NCBI GenBank assembly: GCA_001275005.1
Contig: JWZX01003115.1
Coordinates: 1-41,834 of the forward strand
Reading direction: 5' to 3'
Length of the DNA stretch: 41,834 bases
Source of the DNA: Chrysochromulina tobinii
Lineage: Eukaryota
Below, piece after piece: positions 19,360 to 28,266 of this stretch (its first letter is position 1; every line of letters begins with the position of its first letter). Under the pieces are notes generated by a model that was not told the DNA's origin, did not search any database, and saw only the letters and a list, made by a program, of their open reading frames with translations. The translations under genes were made by a program, and so were the position numbers.

Positions 19360-21415
19360 TCAGCGAGTCGTCGGTTTGGCAGCGTCCCGCGACTGAGCAT
19401 CTACCTCAACCACGTTGTCTTCAGGCAGCTCGCACGCCTCCGCCAGTGCCTCTAGGCGCTTCTGCTCCTGCGCTTCAACAAAGGTCGCCAGGACGAACTC
19501 GGCGACGGTCGCGGCGGCGAGCGTTGGAAGGAAGATGGAGGGATTCTCTTGCGTGAGCTCGAGTAGGAGCACGGAGGCAGTCAGCGGGCTGCGGAAGAGC
19601 GCCCCGAGTGTGGCCGCCGCTCCCACGATCGCATACGCCGGGGCGGCGGCAACGTGGAGGATGGGCAGCACCCCCCACGAGCCAGGGACCACATCGAGGG
19701 AGAGCTGAAGCGACACGAGGTTGGTGGCTGCAAACTCCGTCGCGCTCGCCACGAGGGAGTGGAAGGCCGCGCCGGCAGTGGCGCCGATGAAGAGAGAGGG
19801 AGCAAAGAGGCCACCGACGAGACCAGCCCCGAGCGAGAAGGCAGTCGTCCCTATCTTGAGGAAGGAGTAGCCGAGGAGTGAGAGGGGCGGCTCGGGCTGC
19901 GTGTTGGCGAGGATGGCATTGAGTGTGGCGTAGCCGTTGAACAGGATGCGCGGGAACGCGATGCCAATGCTGCCGACGACCGCCGCGGCAGCCATCGGCC
20001 GGAGGAGAAGCGGCACACTCGAGCCGATTGCGCCCTCATCGGACCACACAGACAGAGAGGTTGTGCGAGCTTCGCGCACCTGACGAGGGAGGTAATCATC
20101 AGTCATCATCAGTCATCATCGGTCATCATCAGTCATCATCGGTCATCATCAGTCATCATCAACGCGCACAAGGATCGCGAGAGCGCCCGCGAGCACGCCG
20201 AGGCCGAGGTAGAAGGGCATCTCGAGCAGCGGCGACTCGAGCGTGAACTCGGGCGACTGCAGTCGAAGGGAGCCCTGGAGGATAGCCTCACTCACCAGAG
20301 CGGCACATGACGCCGAGAGCGCGACGGCGGCTACGCGGAGAGTGACGCGGGCGGGCGAGGCCTGCCACATCCGCGCGCGGCGCAGAGAGATCCGTTGGGC
20401 GGACATCTCGCTCGTCTTCATCTCGTTGAGAGCCTGCGCGTACGCAAGCCTCATCTCCGTCTCCGCCTCCTTCTCTCGCGCCCTTCCACCTTCCGTGGCC
20501 GCAATACCGTCCAGCTGGCTCCGGACCTCAGCTGCGTTGTTGTCCGTTCCCGTCGAGAGCAGAGCAGAATCATCGCACAAGGCTTCGACAGTCACATCTG
20601 GATTGAAAAAGGGCTCGATGGTCGAAGCATACGCATCGCCATACTCGGTGAATCTCTCCTGAATCGGTAGCCGCGTCCTTCCTTTGGGCTCCGGCGGGCG
20701 CAGTGCCCTGGTAGCCCGTGCCCACCCACGTGAGATCAGGGGCCGGAGCTGTAGCGCAGGCCGGCCACCTTCTGGCGCCACGGTCTCGCAGGCGAAGACG
20801 ATGCCGGCAATAGGAGCGGAGAAGCCGGCGGCGACACCGGAAGCCACGCCCGCCGCTACAAGGATCGTATCTCGCTCCTCGCAAAGACCGCCGAAGATCC
20901 GGGCAGCAATGCCTCGCCCGATGTCCACCGCGGGGCCCTCCGGCCCGAGGCTGTTGCCCGTGCCGAGTGTAGCTGCTGCTGCGGATGCCCGAGCGACGCC
21001 GCGTCTGCTCCAGTCGAACAGAGATTCATCCGGCTTTGGCGGCTTGTCAAAGCCTGGGGTGCCTACTCTCAGCACACCGACGGCCAAGCCACCGAGCATT
21101 GGCGTCGCTACCGAAATGACCTCTGGTGGCAGAGCCTGAATCCAGAACGCGTTCGGATTCAATACGATGGGTTCAATGCCCTCGATGCCAAGTTTGAGGC
21201 ACGCGACGCCGACCCCAGTCAAACAACCCAACGCTACCGCCCGAGGCAGCAGAGTGGATGCAAATTGTGGTAGTGGAGTTGGGAATGCCGGTACTGGAGG
21301 AGTATCTTGGGCCATGCGTGCAGGTGCGATGCGCACCTGAGGCACGGCTGCGGCAAAGGTGTGATAGCCATTGGCAGCCGGCACGGAGGAACACGAGCAG
21401 CCACCGATCAAGCAT
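19360..21415 (-). CDS. CLC chloride channel/transporter family protein, probably plastid-targeted; two exons (21415-20170, 20079-19360)
   Basis: Motifs GNSLGPEGPAV, AAGVASGVAAGFSAPIAG, GGLFAPSLFIGA, RSPLTASVLLLELT. The two ORFs join in frame across a 90-nt GT-AG intron. The ATG at 21415 is 1 nt out of frame with the body; the next in-frame ATG is at 21315. Confidence 0.85.
20080..20169 (-). mobile_element. 90-nt phase-0 spliceosomal intron, candidate introner copy 1
   Basis: Gene-sense: GTGCGCG-TT-(GATGATGACY)x6-GATGATTACCTCCCTCGTCAG | GTGCGCG. It contains an in-frame stop; removal gives GALAIL-VREART. The intron call is strong; mobility is inferred. Confidence 0.8.
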
Positions 21416-21589
21416 CGGCGCCCTTCACAGGCGTCGTATAATTAAATCTCGCGATGCCCTCAACGCGCGACAAAATATCTGTGACGATAGAAACTTCCCA
21501 ACTCACGTCAGCACAGCACGAAGACATTCACTTTCGAGAAATAAGGAACTTTCTCATCTGAACTTTCTTGTAAAGGGAAGGGAAGAAAA

Positions 21590-22486
21590 ATGCTACTGAT
21601 CGACGTCACTCTGATTCATCCGAGCACGCTGATCGCTACGAGCAGTGACGTCAACCTACAGGCTACCGTCGTCGCAGGTGCACTCTCAAAGCTCGCACGC
21701 GATAGCGTGTTGCATCCGCTGGACACGCTGAAGACGCGCTCGCAGATTCTGAGTGAATTGCAGCGAGAGGCAGCGCAGCAAGGCTCGCTCTATGCCGGCG
21801 TTTTGCCGACGCTGTTGCTTAGTCTGCCTGCGGGTAGCGCCTACTTTGGCTTGAATGAGGTGTGCAAGGACTTGGGCGGTAGCGCGGAGTGCGCGGCGGC
21901 GCTTTCAGCCACTGGCTACTGGTTTGTCCGTACACCGTCCGAGTTGCTCAAGACACGTGCGATGACGGAGACGGATGACCTGCAGCCGTTTCTGCAGGGT
22001 GACGTGCGCCGCTTCTCGTCACTGCTGTGTAACGAGGGCGTGGGCGCCTTGTGGACCGGCTTTGGCGCAACAGTGCTTCGCTCGATTCCCTTTGAGGTTT
22101 TGCGGCTCTCATGCTATCCGATCCTACTTGAAGCGTTCTCAGCGACTGCGGCGAACGACAGCGGCATCAGCGGGGCGCTCGCTGGCTTCACGGCGAGCAG
22201 CGGCGCCGCGTTGCTCACGCAGCCGCTCGACACCATCAAGACCTCGCTGCAGCTCACGCGAGAGGCCAGCGAATGGGACGAGTCGGCCGCTACCTCGTCG
22301 CAGGTGGACCGTTTCGCGAGTGCGGTGACCACGATACTTGCCAACGGCGGGCCTGCAGCCTTGTATCGCGGTGGGCTGTACCGCGCGGCCATTGCCGGGC
22401 TCGGAGGTGGCATCACGTTTGGAACGTATCAGATAGCTTTGCCGTGGGTGGAGCATGTGTTGCATGGTTTTGGTGGTCCCTCATAG
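21590..22486 (+). CDS. Mitochondrial carrier family (SLC25) protein, SAM-carrier-like
   Basis: Three PxD/ExxK signatures: HPLDTLKTRSQ, TPSELLKTRAM, QPLDTIKTSLQ; 298 aa. Confidence 0.9.
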   Translation: MLLIDVTLIHPSTLIATSSDVNLQATVVAGALSKLARDSVLHPLDTLKTRSQILSELQREAAQQGSLYAGVLPTLLLSLPAGSAYFGLNEVCKDLGGSAECAAALSATGYWFVRTPSELLKTRAMTETDDLQPFLQGDVRRFSSLLCNEGVGALWTGFGATVLRSIPFEVLRLSCYPILLEAFSATAANDSGISGALAGFTASSGAALLTQPLDTIKTSLQLTREASEWDESAATSSQVDRFASAVTTILANGGPAALYRGGLYRAAIAGLGGGITFGTYQIALPWVEHVLHGFGGPS

Positions 22487-22621
22487 GGGCCGGGCCGGCG
22501 GCCGCGTCGAGGAGAGCAGGCTGGAACGGTGAAAGCTGAGGAGTGATGTGTGGAGAATGCAGAGAAGAACAGTCAAAGACTGCATTCATGTAAGCGGCTG
22601 TTGGCCACATGAGCCTAGACA

Positions 22622-24484
22622 CTACCCGCGTTTCGGATGGCGCGCGCGGAATTCGTCCCTGATGTTGAAGTTCGCCTTGGTTTCGCCACGGTCCGCGCGC
22701 TCTTTCGCAGCCAGGAGGAGCCTATCCTCATTGGCCTGGGCCTCGTGGTCGAGCAGATCGCCTGTCTCTTGCGAGCGGCCTACGCCCAGCAGCACGCGCC
22801 CCTTGCGGCGCAGGTGCTCGCGCACGACGACCTTTTTGGCGCGGGGTGCCACGTCGGCGGTCGGATCAACCTGGATGACGGTTCCCTCGACGACCTTGAT
22901 GGCGAGCGCAATCGAGGCGAAGGTGCAGTCCATCTTGACGCGGTGCTCGCACGCGGCCTCGCATATGATCGAGATGAAATCTCCGATCTGGTCGAAAAAG
23001 GTGGGCGAATCTCGCGCGAGCTCGACCATCGTCTGGATCTTGGCGCAGAAGCCATCGAGGTCCCGCAGCTCGCTGGGCGCAGGGGAGCGCTCTGCCATCA
23101 TCCGGGCGGCGCGAGCGCCGTCGTACTGAATGAAGGAGAGCAGCACGTTGAAGAGTGTCTCGTGATCCGCGACCGGGTAGCGCACGGCGATGCCCGCATC
23201 GAGGAAGGTGAGTTGCACGTCGGTCGGGTCGCCTGTCGGTCCTTCGGCAACGAAGATGTTGCCCGGGTGCAGATCGCCATGCACGAAATTGTCGAGAAAG
23301 ATCATCTGGAGGACTGCATCGATGCCATCGGCGCAGACGCGCCGACCCTCAGGGGAGCCACGTGGCAGCTCCGCCGCCCATTCGAGAAAGGGGCGTCCAT
23401 GCACAAAACTCTCGACGAGCACCTCGCGCGACACGAAGGGTGCCATCGGCTCGGGGAAGGCCACTAGCGGGCATGGCTTCCCGTGGCGTGCATGCTCCGC
23501 CGAAGGGGGGAAGGCCGCGCGGAAGCGCTCGAGGTTGGACGCCTCGACGCGCAGATCGAGCTGCTCGGTCAGCATGGACGCGAACTCACGCAGCATCGCC
23601 TCCGGGTTCAGCCATCGAAGCGACGTCAGCATGAGGAGCTGCGCGACGCCCTCAAGCAACCATATGTCGACCGCCATGTGCGCAGCCATATGCGGGTGGA
23701 GCACCTTGATGGCTACCGGCCTCCACGTGCCCTCCTCAGGCGTGACCACCAAATCCAGCGCGCCACTCTCGCCGCCGCTGCCACTGTTGCCGGCGCCGGC
23801 GCCGGCGCCGCTGCTGCTGCCGCTGTTCGCCTGCCGCAAGAGACCGCGGTAGACCTGGGCGATGCAACCGGATCCGATCGGCGTGCGCTCGATGTGCAGA
23901 TCGCGCCGCCACTCGGGTCCAAACATGGCGTCGAGCGAGAACTCCGTTTGTTCCCACGGGTGCTCAGGCGTGTTGTCTTGCAGGTGCTTGAAGCGTCGGC
24001 AGACCGAGGCGCCAAACATGTCTGGTCGCGAAGAGCCCCATTGCGCCAGCTTGATGAGGAGCGCACCCGAGCGCTCGAAGCTACGCACGCACCACCGCCA
24101 CCAAAACTCCTCTGCCCACGTCCAGCGACACAATGGATACAGCAACAGCAGGGGTCCAAAGAACACGATCAGAAACAGGGCGCGCCGCACGCAAGCGAGC
24201 ACCAGCAGGGTCTTACTGCGAGGCGACGTAAGAATCTTCGTCACTATGACTGGTTCCGCCGCCGCCGGCGACGCCTCGCACACTGCTTGTGGCAGGCGTG
24301 GCCACAGGTGGGAGTGCACAATCAGCCCAGCGCTTAGTGCAGATGCGGTGAGGCATGCTGGCCGCATGGTTGCACGTGTTGCGATGGCGAGTTCCAAGTT
24401 ACGCAGCGGTTCAGCTCGTAGGCAGTAGGCACGCACACTGACGCGCGCTCTCGCCCTCAGAGGAAACATCGTGCGACGCAGCAT
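22622..24484 (-). CDS. ABC1/UbiB atypical kinase (ADCK2-like), probably mitochondrial
   Basis: IKLAQWGSSRPD, IGSGCIAQVY, VAIKVLHP, FVHGDLHPGNI, LDAGI. Arg-rich presequence-like start MLRRTMFPLR at 24484; the ORF is open to 24757. Confidence 0.88.
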   Translation of the reverse strand: MLRRTMFPLRARARVSVRAYCLRAEPLRNLELAIATRATMRPACLTASALSAGLIVHSHLWPRLPQAVCEASPAAAEPVIVTKILTSPRSKTLLVLACVRRALFLIVFFGPLLLLYPLCRWTWAEEFWWRWCVRSFERSGALLIKLAQWGSSRPDMFGASVCRRFKHLQDNTPEHPWEQTEFSLDAMFGPEWRRDLHIERTPIGSGCIAQVYRGLLRQANSGSSSGAGAGAGNSGSGGESGALDLVVTPEEGTWRPVAIKVLHPHMAAHMAVDIWLLEGVAQLLMLTSLRWLNPEAMLREFASMLTEQLDLRVEASNLERFRAAFPPSAEHARHGKPCPLVAFPEPMAPFVSREVLVESFVHGRPFLEWAAELPRGSPEGRRVCADGIDAVLQMIFLDNFVHGDLHPGNIFVAEGPTGDPTDVQLTFLDAGIAVRYPVADHETLFNVLLSFIQYDGARAARMMAERSPAPSELRDLDGFCAKIQTMVELARDSPTFFDQIGDFISIICEAACEHRVKMDCTFASIALAIKVVEGTVIQVDPTADVAPRAKKVVVREHLRRKGRVLLGVGRSQETGDLLDHEAQANEDRLLLAAKERADRGETKANFNIRDEFRARHPKRG

Positions 24485-24876
24485 GTCGGCACGCGGAAGC
24501 GCACCAAGACAAAAGTCATGAAAATCGAGCGCGTGACGGGGTGCGTGACGCGTCGCCGACGCCAACTTTTGCAGTGACCTCAAAAGGTGACCAGGTGACC
24601 TGGTTCGATTTGAGGAGTGTTTCAGGGCGCCGCTCTCATCAACAGCACCAGAACACCCATTAGCAGCACACGGGGCCCCCATCGGTGCGCGCCTCCCGTC
24701 CTTGAAGGTGATCATCCGACCCGCAGCTGTCACACCGACACACCGACAGTGCATCATGTGTTATGAGTTGCTACGCGCGCTCGCGCAGCAGCAGCAGCCC
24801 CTCGCCCTCTCGCCCCGCCGTGCAGTGCATCGTGCTCGTCGGCTTCCACGCTTTTTCCACGCCGTCTCCTCCTCCG

Positions 24877-27053
24877 CTACTGCGGCGGCGCGCCACTGCC
24901 ATACCAGTTCCACACGCATATGCACGCGTCCTTGCCGACGGAGACAACTTGTTTCCCGTCGGGCGCCCACTTGGCCATGGTGACTTCGTCGGAGTGCGCG
25001 GCGCCGATCGAGAGGAGCGCGGACGTGCGCAGGTCCCACACCTGCACTTCACCCGAGGCGGTGCATGCAAGCAGGAAGTCTGACGAAGAGCCGTCCATAG
25101 GTGGCGAGAGGTCGATGTGGGTGAGGCGACGGTCCTTGTTGGGATCCTGCTGAGGAGACCACGTGAGCATCATGGAGACTGGTTGCTCCTCGTCGGTGTC
25201 CCAAAATTTGAGCGCGCCCGACGTATCCGCCGTGATGAGCTCGTACTCGCCCCGATCCATCTGCACCATCGACTGCATCGCACCCTCCTTGACGGTGAAG
25301 CACTTGACCCTCCGTGCTTGGTCGAGGTCGATCGACACGATCTTCTTGTCCTCGCCACAAGAGTGGATGACCTTGGAGCGCGCATACGGGTTGCAGTCGA
25401 CGCAGAGCGACGTGATACGCTTCGAGTGCTCGTCAAAGTTGCCGTGCAGCTGGCGAGACGGCCCGTCGCCCCACACGCGCACTGCTCCGTCCCGGCCGCC
25501 GCTGACGATGTAGAGAGCGCAGCGCACCTGATGAGGGAGGCAATTAGGTGTCATCAGGTGTCATCAGGTGTCATCAGGTGTCATCAGAGGTCATCACAGG
25601 TGACGAGGTAGAGAGCGCAGCGCACGATGCAAGAGACGCCCCCGCGGTGCGCCTTGACGATTTCCCACAGCGGCGCGCCGGTGCGCGCGTCGTAGCAGCG
25701 CACGTTGCCGTCGCTCCAGCCCGAGAGGCACTCGAGCGTGTCCTTGTCGATGGAGAGGCATTCGGCGCGCACGACCGCGTACGCATCCGTCGTCTTGACG
25801 GGTGGAGGTGTCTCAAACTCGACTCCATAGTGAGAGAGCTCCCACCGCCGCAGATGGCCAGATTCGGCGGAGCTGATGAACCACTCGGAGCTGCCGCCGA
25901 AGCTGATGCAGTTAATCGGCTGCGGGTGCGACGCGAGCAGCGGCTCGTAGCGCGCCGCATAGTTGCCGTCCGGTCCCAACGGTCGCAAATCGCGCGCGTC
26001 GAGCAGGTAGATGTTCCCCAAGCTCGTGCCCGCGAGAACCTGACGCCCGTCGGCCGAGACGGTCACGGAGCGCACCTCCCCGTCGAGCTGTGCGTCGGCG
26101 AGGCAGGTCCACTGCAAGTCCTCGCCCTGGAGCAGCTTGAGGGTGCCGTCGCCCATGCCGCAGTAGGCGAGGGGCGCGGTGGCGCTCCCCTCGCCAAAAG
26201 GGTCGCCCGCATCACGCACCGCGAGCGACAGCAGCCCGCCCTTGGAGACGGGTACGCACGCACGGAAGACCATGGCGGCCGCGTTGAAGACGCACAGCTC
26301 GCCCGCGCTTGAGCCGCACACGAGGAACCATGTGCCGCTCGCGTTGCACACGGCTGTCGCGCAGTGGTACTCGCGCGCCAGCCCCGAGGAAGGCAACTGG
26401 AAGAGAGACTGCTTGATGTTGAACTGCATGGTGTGCACGTCAAACTCCATGAGGTACTTGATGACCTTGCTGTTCGCAGCCGTCTGAAGCTGGTACGCCG
26501 CGTGCTTCTGCGTCTTGCTGCGCGACGGGATCACCTCGCCCCACGCGAGGAAGTTGAGCTGCCGCTGCTGCGTCTTGGAGAGCACTGCGAGCTGACCCGT
26601 GTTCGTATGCCACACGCACAGCTTGGCGCCGCCGGGCTGGTCATCGCTGCCCGCGAGGAACAGGTCATCGGGCGAGAAGGCGAGCACGCGCACGCGGTTG
26701 CGCGAGAAGGCGATGCCGTCGTGCAGCTCCATGAGCCGGTAGAGCGGCTGCCTCGATGCGTAGTCCCACACGATCACCATCGCCTCCGAGTTGGGTACGC
26801 GCGTGGTCGACGTCTGGCCCGAGGCGATCAGCGCGCCTGATGGCGAGATGGCCATGCACGTGATCGCCTCGTTGTGCCCGCGCAGGAACTCCTGCTGGTG
26901 AGGGTCCTTGACGTCCGAGATGACAATCAAACAACCGGTGAACGAGATCATGACCGACGCGTCCGTCGGGTGGTACTGGACCGAGCCGCCGCACGAGCCG
27001 TCGAAGCCCATCATGTGCTCCAGCTCGAGCGGGTCGAGCTGTTGCTCCTCCAT
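24877..27053 (-). CDS. CFAP52: CFAP52/WDR16-like WD40 axonemal protein; two exons (27053-25626, 25527-24877)
   Basis: N-terminus LELEHMMGFDG...QQEFLRGHNEAITCMAISPSGALIASGQ, GWSDGNVRCYD, IVSGGRDGAVRVW, and C-terminus HSDEVTMAKWAPDGKQVVSVGKDACICVW. Exons join in frame across a 98-nt intron. Could be a paralogue rather than the orthologue. Confidence 0.72.
25528..25625 (-). mobile_element. 98-nt phase-0 spliceosomal intron, candidate introner copy 2
   Basis: Gene-sense: a 25-nt copy of the next exon's start (24/25 identical), then a 10-nt array (TCATCAGGTG x3 plus variants on the + strand), then AATTGCCTCCCTCATCAG. Removal gives GVSCI-VRCALYIVSGG. Confidence 0.82.
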
Positions 27054-27193
27054 CGTCAATGCAATGTCTTCGTGTGCGAGGGGCAGCGGCGGAGCGAAGC
27101 GACAGTACCAACGGGCGATACACAACGTGATGACCAATACGGCGCGCCGAAGCAGAGCAAGACTCCCCACTTCGGCCCTTCCTGGTCCTCGTT

Positions 27194-28156
27194 CTAGGCG
27201 CCTAGCCACGCGCCCTCCTTCTTGGGCAGCGCCGCGACGCTGACCTCGCGCCGGCGCGCTGCGTCCTTGACTCGCTTCGCGAGCAGCTCGCGAACCGCGT
27301 GCGCGCGCGCCTCGGCGGAGCCCGCTGCCTCGGCGGAAGCCGCCCTGCCGCCGTCGAGCACGGTGGCCGCGACGACGGTGCCGTCGGCTTTGATCGTGTG
27401 CACCTTGTAGAAGATGACGAGCACCCATCGCTCACCAAAGCTGATTGGATTGGATTGGTGCCACACTCGAGAGTCGAGCAGCGCAGCGTCGCCCGCGGCG
27501 ATCGGGTACACAAACTCCTCGGTCTCGTTCTCGCCGTCCCACACGGTGAGCCCGCCGCTGTCGCCGAACGCGCTGTACGTGGGCAGCCCGAGAACGAGTG
27601 AGCCGTCCACGTTGGCGCCGTCGATGTGCCGCGGTAGGTGCGTCTCATCGGGGCTCGGCCGGTAGCGCGTCACGAAGCTCTGGAGCCGGACGAGCTCGCG
27701 CGTGGCGCCGCGCGGGCATGGGTGCAGCGTCTCCCACCACGGCAGGAAGACGGCATCGCACGCTGCGAGGATCGGGCCGCACGCCGCGAGCATTGGTGCG
27801 CCTGCGGCGAGGTTCACGCTGCCCGCAGCGACGCCATTCGAGTACTCCATGAAGCACGACAGCTTCCAGTGGTTCTTTCCGTACGCGGCATTGGAATAGT
27901 CCACCTGCTGTGGCGCGAAGGCGCAGCGGATCGCTTCGAATGCACGCTCAAGCATCGCCGGATTGACCGCCTTCGCGACGCACTTGTGCCGTAGCGCGAG
28001 CCAGCGGTGCCGTGTGAGCGCCGCGACCGTCGAGGGCGGCAGAAGGCTCACCATCGGTGCAAACGCGGAACGCCGGCGCGCACGACGCACCAGTAATGCC
28101 ATCGCCAGCGCGCAGATGGTGAGCGCGAGCTTCTCCTCGGCGGCGTTGGATATCAT
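27194..28156 (-). CDS. 2-oxoglutarate/Fe(II)-dependent dioxygenase (prolyl/lysyl hydroxylase-like)
   Basis: FVTRY...LPRHIDG (HxD), WHQSNPISFGERWVLVIF (distal His and 2OG-binding Arg); hydrophobic N-terminal anchor. Confidence 0.8.
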   Translation of the reverse strand: MISNAAEEKLALTICALAMALLVRRARRRSAFAPMVSLLPPSTVAALTRHRWLALRHKCVAKAVNPAMLERAFEAIRCAFAPQQVDYSNAAYGKNHWKLSCFMEYSNGVAAGSVNLAAGAPMLAACGPILAACDAVFLPWWETLHPCPRGATRELVRLQSFVTRYRPSPDETHLPRHIDGANVDGSLVLGLPTYSAFGDSGGLTVWDGENETEEFVYPIAAGDAALLDSRVWHQSNPISFGERWVLVIFYKVHTIKADGTVVAATVLDGGRAASAEAAGSAEARAHAVRELLAKRVKDAARRREVSVAALPKKEGAWLGA

Positions 28157-28266
28157 GGATTCGACTCACCTCACACCTGTGTAGAAGTGTGAACAGACTG
28201 TTAAGCATAAAATTACAATGGCATGCCGACCCAGATCAACAAGAATGACCGATAGCGATCCGCAAA

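Noticed and set aside
27054..27428. N-terminal extension of the WD40 ORF overlapping the dioxygenase gene
   Set aside because: Family-like sequence starts at MEEQQ (27053); the extension is an off-frame read of the neighbouring gene and spacer.
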